Below are positions 29,419-40,375 of a stretch of DNA of 64,000 nucleotides, one piece after another. Within the stretch, counting starts at the first letter, position 1, and every line of letters begins with the position of its first letter. A program made the position numbers and the translations under genes. Origin of the DNA: Candidatus Bathyarchaeia archaeon (GTDB taxonomy: Archaea > Thermoproteota > Bathyarchaeia > 40CM-2-53-6). Under the pieces are notes generated by a model. The model made no database searches, was not told the origin of the DNA, and was given only the letters and a program-made list of their open reading frames with translations. The stretch lies in contig JBEKVV010000002.1 in NCBI GenBank assembly GCA_049513715.1, positions 224,001 through 288,000 on the forward strand, written 5' to 3'.

Positions 29419-30093
29419 TTGAGGTTGGCTAATCAAAACCCCAGACTAGCGGAGCAAGATTATTCGGGAAGGTCAAATTTGAGCTCATTGCTGAAATCAA
29501 TCTCCTACATTCTCGCCGGCATAGAGCGCGGACAAATCTCCGACGTAGTGAAAGCCGTGAAGGAACTCAACCAAGTTGAGGAAGGCGCTCTGCTAATCGG
29601 AAGGTTCGACCTGCTCGTGCGAGTAGGGTTTTATGAACGTTCTGACCTGTATAGATCAGTTTCTGAAATCAGAGCGATGCCCGGCATCAGGGCAACGAGC
29701 ACACACATTCCCTTCGAAGGATTCACGAAGGACTACACCGTCGATGAAAACGACGCTCTTGCCATTTCCCTCCTCAGAGCGCAGGGGCCACTCCCGTACG
29801 TTTTGACCGGCCTGAGGAGCCTCGACCATGTCGTGGAAGGGTACATAATTCCGGGTGAATGGGACTTGCTCACCATCCTGCACAGCAAACACGTGGAACA
29901 GATTCTGGAAACTGCTGTGAACCAGTTTGAGGGGGTGCCAGGAATCGCCAAGACTGAAACGCTCATAGCGCACCAATACTTCCGAAAAACCCCTGAGGCC
30001 ATAGTCTCTGTTGGAACGTACGTTCCTCAATATGCGTCTGAGAGGTTGAAAGACCGAACAACCCTCGGCCCGCCGCAAAACGCTTCCTCATAG
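29419..30093 (+). CDS. Tandem Lrp/AsnC ligand-binding domain protein
   Basis: Two repeats, GRFDLLVRV...GIRATST and GEWDLL...GIAKTET; no HTH; true start likely later. Confidence 0.75.
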   Translation: MRLANQNPRLAEQDYSGRSNLSSLLKSISYILAGIERGQISDVVKAVKELNQVEEGALLIGRFDLLVRVGFYERSDLYRSVSEIRAMPGIRATSTHIPFEGFTKDYTVDENDALAISLLRAQGPLPYVLTGLRSLDHVVEGYIIPGEWDLLTILHSKHVEQILETAVNQFEGVPGIAKTETLIAHQYFRKTPEAIVSVGTYVPQYASERLKDRTTLGPPQNASS

Positions 30094-30207
30094 AGGCCTA
30101 TGGAAGTCATTCTGAACCCGTAGAACTTAACTTGACCAGGGATGTGCTGGGTGGATAGGCTAAGAAAGCATCCTTAAAACCAATTTCCGATTCTTGATCA
30201 ACAACTC

Positions 30208-30807
30208 GTGGTCGGCCTCAGAATGCCCCTAGAAGATGATGCCAAAGTGGAACCCTCGGAAAGCCAAGAGGATTCTCTTGAGGAATTACGTGCAAGAGTG
30301 GTAGAACTCGAGAAGGCCAAGAAAGCCAGTGAGCGAAAAGCAGCCGAGTACAAAGACAAATTGACAAGGCTACAGGCAGACATGGAGAATCTTCAAAAGA
30401 TCACCAAACGTCAAGTCGAGGCAGTGACCAAACAAGCCTCTGAAAGCCTGATAGTGAAACTTTTACCAATCCTCGACTCGCTCCACAAAGCCGAAGAAAT
30501 CGCCCATTCCGGCAAAGAGTTGCCGGCCGAAGAAATGGCGGTGGGTTTAGCTATGCTCCGCAAACAGTTGGCTGAAGTGCTAGAAGCCGAGGGATTGACA
30601 GAGATTCCAGCGGTCGGCCAAACCCTGGATCCGGAACTCCACGAAGCAGTCAGCTACGTCGAAACGGACGATGCCTCCGAAAACACTGTGGCCGAAGAAA
30701 TCAGGAAAGGGTACATTCTGAACGGCAAGGTGATTCGCGCAAGCTTGGTTGTTGTAAACAGGCGAAAGAATTCACAAGATGAACCGAAAAAACCTGAGAA
30801 CACCTAG
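30208..30807 (+). CDS. grpE: Nucleotide exchange factor GrpE
   Basis: RLQADMENL, LLPILD, DPELHEAV, KGYILNGKVIRAS.V. Confidence 0.93.
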   Translation: MVGLRMPLEDDAKVEPSESQEDSLEELRARVVELEKAKKASERKAAEYKDKLTRLQADMENLQKITKRQVEAVTKQASESLIVKLLPILDSLHKAEEIAHSGKELPAEEMAVGLAMLRKQLAEVLEAEGLTEIPAVGQTLDPELHEAVSYVETDDASENTVAEEIRKGYILNGKVIRASLVVVNRRKNSQDEPKKPENT

Positions 30808-30975
30808 TTTCGGTTACTGAAAACTCCGAATCGAGCACCATGGTAATCGCAGGAAAGCGGTAACCAAAATCGTAATTGAGAGTCACAAAAACTGAAGTAG
30901 CAATAATAGCATTGATTGTAAGTGCATTAATGATAAGAGCTGCCGACTCACTGACTGTCACGCCGTGAGTTCTGT

Positions 30976-31323
30976 TTGCATGTCTCCATCACGGTGGAAA
31001 CAAGCGACCCAACTTTAGTCGAACGTTTGTTCAACCATCCTCGGGGATCGACTGACGCGGAAAGAAGGTTGGCCGCGGACTTGGTGGTCAGGTACGCAGG
31101 CGGTGCCGATCAATGGGATGCAAGGGTGCCTCACATTGTTACGCTGTCTGCAGAGGTTCGGAAATTATCTCAAGTCCCTCTCCTTTCAAATTGGCTTTGC
31201 GAGGCGTTGGGCAACGAAGTGGTTTCGCTCGTGATTGGTAGAGCTGTCGTGCTTAACATTGAAGAAGACGTAAGGCTCGCTTTGCTCGCGGAACTTGCAA
31301 GCACAGTCGAAATTAGCACTTAG
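30976..31323 (+). CDS. Hypothetical protein
   Basis: 115-aa ORF with protein-like composition, no recognised motif. Confidence 0.5.
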   Translation: MHVSITVETSDPTLVERLFNHPRGSTDAERRLAADLVVRYAGGADQWDARVPHIVTLSAEVRKLSQVPLLSNWLCEALGNEVVSLVIGRAVVLNIEEDVRLALLAELASTVEIST

Positions 31324-31961
31324 CGGGCGCGCTCAATCCCAGGGTTTCCCGTTCCTGAGCAGTAGTGACATTGATCAGAGTAGCTAACGTCTGGCTTCTG
31401 CTCTCTTACGATCTGCCAGTGAGCTCCTAAACCGTTGCAGTACGGGCAGCTCTGTTCAGCCCAACATCTCACCTGACTTTGAATAAACCCCCTCTGCGTA
31501 CCTTATACCATGTCAAACAGTGCCTACACCTGAACAGTTGGGATACCGGGTCTAACTGCAAATCTAGGAAACATATTGGCATCTAGCCATTCAGACCAAG
31601 TGCGATGCCTTTGGATATGGGGGGATATTCCATGATAGACCTTGACTTCTATGTGAGAGAGGCCAAAACTATCAAAGAATCAGTAGCGGTGGGCACATTC
31701 ATCAAGACCGGGAAGGGGAATGACCCTGCCACTCTGCAGGGGCATGTGGGTTGGGTGAGAGACGCAGGTTTGTGACCGCCTACGTCCGTCATCACGCCAA
31801 TAGGGCTCTCATTGTGGTCAGACCTATCTGACGCGTGGGCAGGCCCTAGAGGTTGCTGGCAATCAGGGAGAAGGGTCAGTATGTTGAGATGCTAAGGAGG
31901 GGGTATAGACGGGTCCGCAGCATATTTTATTTACCAGAAGTAACATGGAGGGGCGATTTAG

Positions 31962-33839
31962 TTGCCCAAGATAATCGGAATTGACCTAGGAACCAGTAAC
32001 TCGGCTGCCGCTGCAGTGATTGGGGGGCGTCCAACGATTATTCCAAGCGCTGAGGGTACATCAGTTGGCGGTAAAGCGTTCCCCTCATTCGTGGCCTTCA
32101 CAAAGGACGGCCAGTTGCTCGTTGGTGAACCAGCTAGACGACAAGCAGTCTCTAACCCCGAGGGGACTGTGTACGCAATCAAACGAAAGATGGGAACCGA
32201 CTACAAGGTCAACGTATTTGGCAAGGAATACACACCGCAACAGATCTCCGCATTCATTCTTCAGAAAATCAAGCGAGACGCCGAAGCTTTTCTCGGGGAC
32301 AAGGTAGAGCAGGCCGTCATTACTGTTCCTGCCTACTTCAACGACAACCAACGCCAAGCAACCAAAGACGCAGGCGCAATCGCGGGCCTCAAAGTTGAAA
32401 GAATCATAAACGAACCCACCGCCGCCTCACTCGCCTACGGCCTAGACCGAGCGGAGAAAGAGCTGAAGATATTGGTCTTCGACCTGGGCGGAGGGACCCT
32501 CGATGTGACCATAATGGACGTAAGCCGCCCAGACCCGAAAGACCCACCAGTATTCGAGGTCAGGTCGACTAATGGGGACACGCAGCTCGGGGGAACCGAC
32601 ATGGACACCGCCTTGATCAACTACATTGCCGAAGAGTTCAAGGCAAGCAACGGAATAGACATCCGAAACGACAAAGTTGCCATTCAGAGGGTCCGTGAGG
32701 CCGCTGAAAAGGGGAAAATCGAGCTTTCGACGGTTGTAATTACGGACATCAACCTCCCTTTCATATCCGCTGACGCCGCCGGCCCTAAGCATCTCACCAT
32801 GACCTTAACACGCGCCAAGTTAGAAGATCTCGTTCGACCAACAATTGACCGTTGTCGCGGGCCGATGGAGAAAGCCATTGAAGATGCGAAGCTGACACCG
32901 AAGGACATTGACAAGATAATCTTCGTGGGCGGACCCACCCGCATGCCCATAGTTCGAAAGTTCGTTGAAGAATACATGGGCAAAGGAGCCGAGAGTGGAG
33001 TTGACCCGATGGAGTGCGTAGCAATGGGCGCCGCAATCCAGGCAGGCGTGATTGCGGGGGAAGTGCGTGACCTTCTCCTCCTGGACGTAACGCCACTTTC
33101 ACTCGGAGTCGAAACGCTGGGAGGCGTGCTCACCAAACTGATTGAGAGAAACGCAACCATCCCGACAAAGCGGAGCCAAACATTCTCAACCGCAGCCGAC
33201 TTCCAAACCACAGTCACAGTCCACGTTCTTCAAGGAGAGCGCCCGATGGCCGCTGACAATGTTTCGCTGGGCATGTTCAACTTGACAGGCATTCCACCGG
33301 CGCCTCGTGGAGTGCCCCAGATTGAAGTCACTTTCGACATCGACACCAACGGAATCATGAATGTTGCAGCGAAGGACTTGGCCACAAACAAAGAACAGAA
33401 AATCACCATAACCGCCTCGACGAAACTTCCTAAGGACGAGATCGAGAAGATGGTTAAGCAGGCAGGCCAATTCGCAGCGGAGGATCAGAAGCGCAAGGAG
33501 GAGGCGGATCTTCGCAACGCGGCTGACAACATGATCTACAGTGGGGAACGATTGACGAAGGAACTTGCAGCAAAGCTCTCTAAAGAGCAGTCTGAGCAAG
33601 TAACGAAGAGTGTGGCGGAGCTTCGGGAAGCCCTAGCAGGGAAGGATGCGGGCGCAATCAAGCAGAAGATGGACGCTCTGCAGAAAGTCTTGCAGGAGAT
33701 AGGCACTGCGGCTTACCAGCAAGTTGCCCAACAACAGCAGGCAGCTACTGGCGGGCCAAGCTCAGCGGGTGCAGTTCCGCAGGGTGAGACGAAAGAAGCG
33801 GTCGATGTGGATTACAAGGTCGTGGACGATAAGAAGTAG
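31962..33839 (+). CDS. dnaK: Chaperone DnaK (Hsp70)
   Basis: [44 protein letters not shown]. Confidence 0.98.
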   Translation: MPKIIGIDLGTSNSAAAAVIGGRPTIIPSAEGTSVGGKAFPSFVAFTKDGQLLVGEPARRQAVSNPEGTVYAIKRKMGTDYKVNVFGKEYTPQQISAFILQKIKRDAEAFLGDKVEQAVITVPAYFNDNQRQATKDAGAIAGLKVERIINEPTAASLAYGLDRAEKELKILVFDLGGGTLDVTIMDVSRPDPKDPPVFEVRSTNGDTQLGGTDMDTALINYIAEEFKASNGIDIRNDKVAIQRVREAAEKGKIELSTVVITDINLPFISADAAGPKHLTMTLTRAKLEDLVRPTIDRCRGPMEKAIEDAKLTPKDIDKIIFVGGPTRMPIVRKFVEEYMGKGAESGVDPMECVAMGAAIQAGVIAGEVRDLLLLDVTPLSLGVETLGGVLTKLIERNATIPTKRSQTFSTAADFQTTVTVHVLQGERPMAADNVSLGMFNLTGIPPAPRGVPQIEVTFDIDTNGIMNVAAKDLATNKEQKITITASTKLPKDEIEKMVKQAGQFAAEDQKRKEEADLRNAADNMIYSGERLTKELAAKLSKEQSEQVTKSVAELREALAGKDAGAIKQKMDALQKVLQEIGTAAYQQVAQQQQAATGGPSSAGAVPQGETKEAVDVDYKVVDDKK

Positions 33840-33863
33840 ATGTGACAATGCGGCAGATCCTAC

Positions 33864-34952
33864 TTGGCCAAACGTGACTACTACGACATACTCAATGTGC
33901 AGAGAAATGCTACGAAAGACGAGTTAAAGACCCAGTACAGGAAACTTGCCCTTCAATATCACCCAGACCGCAACAAGTCACCCGACGCTGAGGGGCGGTT
34001 CAAAGAAATCTCCGAGGCGTATGCCATTCTTTCGGACGATGAGAAGCGAGCCCAATATGACCGGTTCGGGCATGCCGGCATTGACTCGCAATATTCAACC
34101 GAGGACATATTCCGGGGTGTAGATTTCGATGATATTCTCAGAGACATCGGGTTTGGGGTCGGCGGCGGCTTCGGGTCAATCTTCGACGCCTTCTTAGGAG
34201 GTGGCCGACGAACCCGTGGTCCTGTCAGAGGGCAGGATCTGCGTTATGATTTGGAGATCTCGTTGGAGCAAGCCTATTCAGGGCTCACGACCGAGATTGA
34301 AGTTCCAAGGACTGAGCGCTGCTCTGAGTGTGGTGGCTCAGGAGCGAAACCCGGTACCTCCCCGAAGAAGTGTCCCCAGTGTGGTGGCACTGGGCAGATT
34401 CAGCATGTCCAGACTTCTGGTTTCATGCATTTTGCCAGAATAGAGCCGTGCAACAAATGCCGTGGACGAGGGGTCGTCATCGAGAAACCATGTGCCACGT
34501 GTCGCGGGACAGGAATCATCGAGCGAAGAAGGCGAATCAGCGTAAGGATACCTGCCGGTGTTGATAGTGGGTCTCAACTTGTCATGCGCGGTGAGGGTGA
34601 CGCTCCCAACGGCGATGGGCGAAGAGGTGACTTGTACGTTGTTGTGGACATCAGGCCCCATGAAGTTTTTCGCAGAGAAGGCAACGACCTGATTTGCCGT
34701 GTGGATCTCAATTTCTCAAAGGCCACCCTTGGTGGGGAGGTCGAAGTTTCGACTATTGACGGTGCGGCCAAGATCATGGTGCCGCCTGGAACACAAACCG
34801 GCGCATTGTTTCGGCTCAGGAAGAAGGGTATGCCTGCGTTGCGGGACTCAGGACGAGGCGACGAGATAGTGGTCGTGCAAGTGAAAACCCCGACGAAGCT
34901 GACATCGCGACAACGCGAACTTATCCAAGAACTTTCACGCGACGGCCTTTAG
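33864..34952 (+). CDS. dnaJ: Chaperone DnaJ
   Basis: HPD J-domain, G/F region, four CxxCxGxG repeats. Confidence 0.98.
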   Translation: MAKRDYYDILNVQRNATKDELKTQYRKLALQYHPDRNKSPDAEGRFKEISEAYAILSDDEKRAQYDRFGHAGIDSQYSTEDIFRGVDFDDILRDIGFGVGGGFGSIFDAFLGGGRRTRGPVRGQDLRYDLEISLEQAYSGLTTEIEVPRTERCSECGGSGAKPGTSPKKCPQCGGTGQIQHVQTSGFMHFARIEPCNKCRGRGVVIEKPCATCRGTGIIERRRRISVRIPAGVDSGSQLVMRGEGDAPNGDGRRGDLYVVVDIRPHEVFRREGNDLICRVDLNFSKATLGGEVEVSTIDGAAKIMVPPGTQTGALFRLRKKGMPALRDSGRGDEIVVVQVKTPTKLTSRQRELIQELSRDGL

Positions 34953-34961
34953 GCTTGAACA

Positions 34962-35798
34962 TCAGTTTGCCTGAACTAATGACAGAAGGCGTCGGTGAAT
35001 TCCTGCACCCCCTGCCAAGATTGACCGTGAGAAGTTCTCCCAAGTTCCGCCATCGGAATCTGTCACTTTCCCACTCGCTTCTTGTACTATGAGGCACCCT
35101 GCTGCTGTCTCGTAGATCGGCGACCGTCGGAAAACCGTCACTATTCCATCAAACTTTCCCGCGGCCACGGAGCAGAGGTTGAGGGCCACACTACCGGGGG
35201 ATCGAATGCTATGAGTGAAATGGTAAAGTTTCTTCTCGAAGCCCAACGGGTCAGGTATTGAAGGCTCTGGGGTCCACCATTCATAAATCAATGATGCGTT
35301 TCGAAGCGCTGTCGTGTTGGAAACATGGATTCGTTTTCCGTTCTTGTAAGCACCTTGCATGCGGGCTGCGGTAAACATTTCATCTAATAGAGGATTGTAG
35401 ATTGCCCCTGCGACGGTCCTGCCGCCAACTAGGACGCCGATAGATACGGAGAAGTATGGGATTCTCTTCGCAAAGTTCAATGTTCCATCCAAGGGGTCCA
35501 CGGCCCATGTTATGTTGTGTGAACCAAAATCATGTGTCCCAGACTCCTCAGACTTCACCATGCCCCTGAACCGGCTTCGCTTGATTCGGGCGAGTATGAG
35601 CCTTTCAGACTCCTTGTCTGCGTTGGTTACGATGCTACCTGGGTAGTCGTATTTGCGCCGGACAGAAAGTTTTCCCTTGCCAAACAGTGCAAGGAGTCGC
35701 CGGCCCGCTTCCTCGGCCGCATGTGAGGCAACTTCCATTAGCTCTATTTCAATTTCCAACAGATCAGCTCCAAGATTACCCAGCTTGTAAGCCATCAA
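34962..35798 (-). CDS. Inositol monophosphatase family protein (start uncertain)
   Basis: VTNADKESE, SEES, WAVDPLDGTLNF, GSVALNL. Confidence 0.9.
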   Translation of the reverse strand: MMAYKLGNLGADLLEIEIELMEVASHAAEEAGRRLLALFGKGKLSVRRKYDYPGSIVTNADKESERLILARIKRSRFRGMVKSEESGTHDFGSHNITWAVDPLDGTLNFAKRIPYFSVSIGVLVGGRTVAGAIYNPLLDEMFTAARMQGAYKNGKRIHVSNTTALRNASLIYEWWTPEPSIPDPLGFEKKLYHFTHSIRSPGSVALNLCSVAAGKFDGIVTVFRRSPIYETAAGCLIVQEASGKVTDSDGGTWENFSRSILAGGAGIHRRLLSLVQAN

Positions 35799-36024
35799 CT
35801 AGAGCTGTCTGGCCGCGGGACAACCAAACCTCCATAAGTTCTGTGATCAAAATCAAGGCACCGATCACCAGCAGCACCGCGCCCGTACCTCCTGTAATGG
35901 TCCAATTCAAGGAATAATGCGCGATGAATGAGCCAATGGCCAAAATGACAAGTGCCGTCCCCGTGCAAATCATCGCGATTGCTATGATCATACGCGGCCG
36001 CAATTGAGGTCTGCTCAAACTCAC
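35776..36024 (-). CDS. Small two-TM hypothetical protein
   Basis: Two hydrophobic helices. Confidence 0.55.
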   Translation of the reverse strand: MSLSRPQLRPRMIIAIAMICTGTALVILAIGSFIAHYSLNWTITGGTGAVLLVIGALILITELMEVWLSRGQTALVDGLQAG

Positions 36025-36071
36025 AAGTGTAATGTTTTAAACTTCCCTCACCTGCGAGAACGCCAACTCGG

Positions 36072-36563
36072 GTGGCATTCATGGAGTGGTTTCCAGAATT
36101 CGTCCAAAAGCACCTAAGCTTCGCGGGCAAATGCTACAAACATTGCGACGGGCCAACCTCGTTGAAGTTTCTCTCACAGGGCTCATCTCACGTTATTGGG
36201 GCTTATGTCTGCGCCGACGGCTTTGTTTCCCAAGTGGTCAACTTCAGCGTCAAACCAGACTTGAAAGCATTCCAAGATCTACTCGCCAACCAAGTAGGAA
36301 AGGAGAATGTCAGTTCCCGGGATATTCGAATCGCTACACGCCACGGTTGGGAACTGGGCTCCGACGCAACACAGGTCATTGAATCGAGACTGGGACATGG
36401 CGCCACCGTCACAGAAGCCTATTGGAGAAGGTATCCAAAGACCGAAGAAGAGAAACAGCAGGCAGTCTCTCTTTGCAGGTCCTGCAACGGTCTCTTTATT
36501 CACAGCAGCGATGACGACCAGCGATTGTGTCCTACATGTCAGAGGAAGCGGAGCAGGGCTTAG
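36072..36563 (+). CDS. Hypothetical protein with Cys pairs / C-terminal Zn ribbon
   Basis: CYKHC, CRSC, CPTC. Confidence 0.7.
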   Translation: MAFMEWFPEFVQKHLSFAGKCYKHCDGPTSLKFLSQGSSHVIGAYVCADGFVSQVVNFSVKPDLKAFQDLLANQVGKENVSSRDIRIATRHGWELGSDATQVIESRLGHGATVTEAYWRRYPKTEEEKQQAVSLCRSCNGLFIHSSDDDQRLCPTCQRKRSRA

Positions 36564-36914
36564 TCAGTTTGGAGTCAGCTTTCGGTTGTAGAACTCGCTG
36601 GCGAAGAAGTCGTCCCACCTAGCCTTCGTCACGTCTACGGCCTCCGAGAACCCAGTGAAGACATGCTTCACAGTGCCGTCATCGTACTCAGCAAATACCT
36701 GCGGAATTAAATAGTCCTCAACGAAATCGCCGTACCTCCGCACAAGCTCATCCGCCAATTTCTCCTCCTCAGGATCATCGATATCCAACACACGCAACGG
36801 GACGCTGAGCGCCGTTTCCATTTGGTGGCCCCGTTCCAGTGACAGCGGAACACAATGTGGGCACCATTCCGCAAGCACCATTGTGACCCTCCTCAACAAA
36901 GTGATTCGCCTCAA
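36564..36914 (-). CDS. Thioredoxin/glutaredoxin-fold protein
   Basis: AEWCPHC, IPQVF. Confidence 0.75.
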   Translation of the reverse strand: MRRITLLRRVTMVLAEWCPHCVPLSLERGHQMETALSVPLRVLDIDDPEEEKLADELVRRYGDFVEDYLIPQVFAEYDDGTVKHVFTGFSEAVDVTKARWDDFFASEFYNRKLTPN

Positions 36915-37094
36915 TCCTCGCCATCTGTCCTAGACTTAAACCATTCATTGAATTGTTGGACGCACGCTTCCACAGGGGCAATGATAATGGGCCTTGCTTT
37001 GGTCCACATGCATCAAGCTTGGCGTTTGAGGAAGTTGAAGCTCTCTCAAACAGGTTTTATTTGACTATGAAATACGGGTCCTAGGTTGTGCTAG

Positions 37095-37997
37095 TTGATT
37101 ATTGTTGGCGGTTCAACGTCAGAAGCCCTCGCCACTAAAGTGGCAATGGCGCTTGGACAGAAATCTGGAAAACTGGAGATCCGCAGATTTCCGGATGGTG
37201 AAAAGTATCTTCGTGTTTTGGAAGATGTCAAGAATCAGGAAATCGTCGTAGTCCAGTCGATCCACCACGCGCCCGATGAGCTTCTGTTCGAATATTTGCT
37301 CCTCGTGGATGCATTGAAAGACCTCGGTGCGAAGAGGATTGTTAGTTTCATTCCATACTTCGCGTACGCACGGCAGGATGAAAGGTTCCACCCCGGCGAG
37401 GCGTTGAGCTTCAGGACTGTGAGTAAGCTTATGGAGAGTGTTGGGACGGACGAGATCTTCACCATCGACATGCACCAGCACAGAGTACTGAAGTCATCTG
37501 AAGTTTTCAAAATTCCATCCCACAATTTGTCTGCTATGCCACTACTGGCGGAGTATATCGGAAGAACAGTGAAACTGGAGAAACCTCTGGTTATCGGGCC
37601 TGACGCCGAAGCAGAACAATGGGCGAAGTTGGCGGCCGAAAAGCTGGGGGCTGACTTTGACGTGTTCGAGAAAAAGCGGTTCGGGGATAAAGACGTGCAG
37701 GTGCGTCCGCGTAGGGAGAACGCGAATGGCAGGGATGTCCTGATTGTGGACGACATTATCAGCACCGGCGGAACGATCGTTGAAGCGTTGAAGATACTTT
37801 ACTCGCAGGGCGCAAAGAGGGTGAACGTTGCCTGCACTCATCCCATTCTGGCGGGTGGTGCGCTGGCCAGAATCTACGAGGCAGGAGCCCAAAACGTTAT
37901 CGGAACTGACACGGTTCCGAGCCCAATCAGCTATGTCAGCGTGGCTCCGCTAATTTCGGAGCATATTAGGAAGGCGGGGTTAAGTGGCTCTTCCTGA
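37095..37997 (+). CDS. prs: Ribose-phosphate diphosphokinase
   Basis: FPDGE, PYFAYARQD, GPD, VDDIISTGGT, CTH. Confidence 0.95.
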   Translation: MIIVGGSTSEALATKVAMALGQKSGKLEIRRFPDGEKYLRVLEDVKNQEIVVVQSIHHAPDELLFEYLLLVDALKDLGAKRIVSFIPYFAYARQDERFHPGEALSFRTVSKLMESVGTDEIFTIDMHQHRVLKSSEVFKIPSHNLSAMPLLAEYIGRTVKLEKPLVIGPDAEAEQWAKLAAEKLGADFDVFEKKRFGDKDVQVRPRRENANGRDVLIVDDIISTGGTIVEALKILYSQGAKRVNVACTHPILAGGALARIYEAGAQNVIGTDTVPSPISYVSVAPLISEHIRKAGLSGSS

Positions 37998-38973
37998 GCA
38001 AGCTGAGAAAATCGCCGAAGACATTAGGAACATGCGCATTCGCGGCGCGGGGCACATTGCCAGTTCCGCGGTTGAAGCTCTATGCATAGTCGCGAAAAAT
38101 TCCAAGGCTAAGAGCGTCGATGACTTCCTGAAGGAGCTTGATAACAGCGCCCACATTCTGCTCCAAACCAGGCCGACCGCAGTTTCACTACCAAATGCGA
38201 TAAGGTATGTGATGCACCGGGTTAACGAAAAGAAATCTGGCGCTTCCTCTGTGAAGGAAGTTCAGGCAATTGCGATGCATGCTGCTTCAGAATTCATTGA
38301 TAGTACAAGGACTGCGTTGCAACGCATTGGTGAGATCGGAGCTCGAAGAATTCGGGATGGTGATGTCTTGTTAACACACTGCAATAGTAGCGCAGTGCTC
38401 TCGATTATGAAGACTGCATGGAGTCAGGGCAAGCGTTTCGAGGTGATGGTGACCGAAACACGGCCGAGGTTTCAAGGCCGAATTACAGCGCATGAGCTAG
38501 CCAAAGAAGGTATCCCAGTTACGCTGATTCTGGATGATGCGGTTAGGTATTTCATGCAAGATGTCGACAAAGTCATTGTCGGCGCAGACGCGATCACGGC
38601 CAACGGCGCTTTGGTCAACAAGGTCGGAACCTCAGTTGTGGCGTTGGCGGCTCATGAAGCAAAAGTCCGGGTGTTCGTTGCTGCTGAAACCTACAAATTC
38701 AGTCCGGAAACGATGATTGGAGAGCTTGTCAAAATAGAAGAGCGCGACACAACGGAAGTAATCTCACGAGACGAGCTGAAAAAACTCGGAGCTGTTAAGG
38801 TTCGCAACCCATCATTCGATGTCACGCCGTCTGAGTTCATTGACCTGATAATCACTGAACGCGGGATCATTCCTCCGCTTGGCGCATTGTTGATCTTAGA
38901 AGACGTCTTGGGGGTTGTCACACCAGAGGAACTCCGCGGTTACCAAACATACACACTTGAGGAGGAGGCTTAG
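37984..38973 (+). CDS. Ribose-1,5-bisphosphate isomerase
   Basis: IRGAG, TRPTAVSL, LTHCNS, ETRPRFQG, VGADA, NKVGT, FDVTP; lies beside RuBisCO. Confidence 0.93.
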   Translation: MALPEQAEKIAEDIRNMRIRGAGHIASSAVEALCIVAKNSKAKSVDDFLKELDNSAHILLQTRPTAVSLPNAIRYVMHRVNEKKSGASSVKEVQAIAMHAASEFIDSTRTALQRIGEIGARRIRDGDVLLTHCNSSAVLSIMKTAWSQGKRFEVMVTETRPRFQGRITAHELAKEGIPVTLILDDAVRYFMQDVDKVIVGADAITANGALVNKVGTSVVALAAHEAKVRVFVAAETYKFSPETMIGELVKIEERDTTEVISRDELKKLGAVKVRNPSFDVTPSEFIDLIITERGIIPPLGALLILEDVLGVVTPEELRGYQTYTLEEEA

Positions 38974-39041
38974 GACACGGAGAATTCACGTTGCGCGCGA
39001 TTCTTTATTGAAACCATGCACTTGCTCACACAAGGTGAAGA

Positions 39042-40334
39042 ATGGCAATGACGGAATGGTACCGAGACTTCGTAGACACCAGCCACAAGCCCGGACCAGA
39101 TGAGCTGCTGTGCTTGTTTCGTGTTGAACCTGCAGCGGGCTTTTCGATCGAAGACGCTGCGGGCCGGGTCGCATCTGAGTCGTCGGTCGGGACTTGGACC
39201 GAACTCACCACAATGAGAGACAGAATCCGTCGGTTAATGGCTAAGGCGTACGAAATCCAAGGGAACTTTGTGAAGGTTGCCTATCCACCAGACCTATTTG
39301 AGCCCGGAAACATGCCCCAGATCCTGAGTTCAGTTGCGGGCAATGTTTTCGGAATGAAAGCCGTTCAGAACCTAAGGTTGGAAACTGTTCATTGGCCTAG
39401 GACAGTTCTGAACGGTTTTTCTGGCCCGAGGCTTGGCTTGAGTGGAATACGCAAGCTCTTCGGGGTAAAGAACCGGCCTCTCACTGCCACAGTACCGAAA
39501 CCCAAGCTTGGGCTTACAGCAAAGGGGCATGCGAAAGCGGGGTACGAAGCGTGGGTAGGTGGGGTAGACCTCCTGAAAGATGACGAGAACTTAACCTCAC
39601 AGCCATTCAACAAATTCAAGAAAAGAGTGACCGAGTGTTTCAGACTGCGGGACAAAGCTGAGCATGAAACTGGGGAAAGGAAGAGCTACCTGATCAACAT
39701 AACCGCAGAAACGAACGAGATGCTCCGCCGGGCGAAAACCGTGGCCAAGGCGGGGGGCGAATACGTGATGGTCGACATAATCACCTGCGGATGGGCCAGC
39801 CTTCAAACGCTCCGCGCGACATGTCAGGACCTTAAGCTCGCGATTCACGCCCACCGCGCCTTTCACGCAGCCTTCACCCGAAACCCACTTCATGGCATGT
39901 CCATGCTTGCGGTCTCTGATGTCGCGCGCTTGATTGGCGTAGACCAACTTCACATTGGGACTGTCATTGGGAAGCTCGAATCTCCAAAGGAGGAAGTTCT
40001 AGCGCTCAGGGACAACCTACAGCAAAGGAATGTTAGTCCAGGGAATGCGAGCCTGGGCCAAGATTGGGGCACAAAGAGAGCTGTCTTCCCTGTGTGCTCG
40101 GGTGGCCTCCACCCCGGCCTGGTTCCCGAGCTCGTTAAACTCGTTGGAACTGATGTAGTGATCCAAGCGGGTGGAGGTATCTGGGGGCATCCAGACGGCG
40201 GAAGGGCTGGAGCTATGGCTCTTAGGCAAGCGGTCGAAGTCGCCGTCAGCGGATTAAATCTAGATGACTATGCCCGTGAACATAAGGAACTTCAGAGAGC
40301 AATTGACACCTGGGGCGTTGCCACTTACAAGTAA
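39042..40334 (+). CDS. rbcL: RuBisCO large subunit, form III
   Basis: ESSVGTWT, GNVFGMK, KPKLGL, DLLKDDE, HAHRAFH, GKLE, SGGLHPG, QAGGG..GHP. Confidence 0.95.
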   Translation: MAMTEWYRDFVDTSHKPGPDELLCLFRVEPAAGFSIEDAAGRVASESSVGTWTELTTMRDRIRRLMAKAYEIQGNFVKVAYPPDLFEPGNMPQILSSVAGNVFGMKAVQNLRLETVHWPRTVLNGFSGPRLGLSGIRKLFGVKNRPLTATVPKPKLGLTAKGHAKAGYEAWVGGVDLLKDDENLTSQPFNKFKKRVTECFRLRDKAEHETGERKSYLINITAETNEMLRRAKTVAKAGGEYVMVDIITCGWASLQTLRATCQDLKLAIHAHRAFHAAFTRNPLHGMSMLAVSDVARLIGVDQLHIGTVIGKLESPKEEVLALRDNLQQRNVSPGNASLGQDWGTKRAVFPVCSGGLHPGLVPELVKLVGTDVVIQAGGGIWGHPDGGRAGAMALRQAVEVAVSGLNLDDYAREHKELQRAIDTWGVATYK

Positions 40335-40375
40335 GCTGAGTGAACATTCAAGAACCTCCAAAGCTGGTTTAGCGA

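Noticed and set aside
39042..40334. RuBisCO as evidence of a Calvin cycle or autotrophy
   Set aside because: It is form III beside R15P isomerase, with no small subunit or phosphoribulokinase in the window; the context is pentose/nucleoside salvage.
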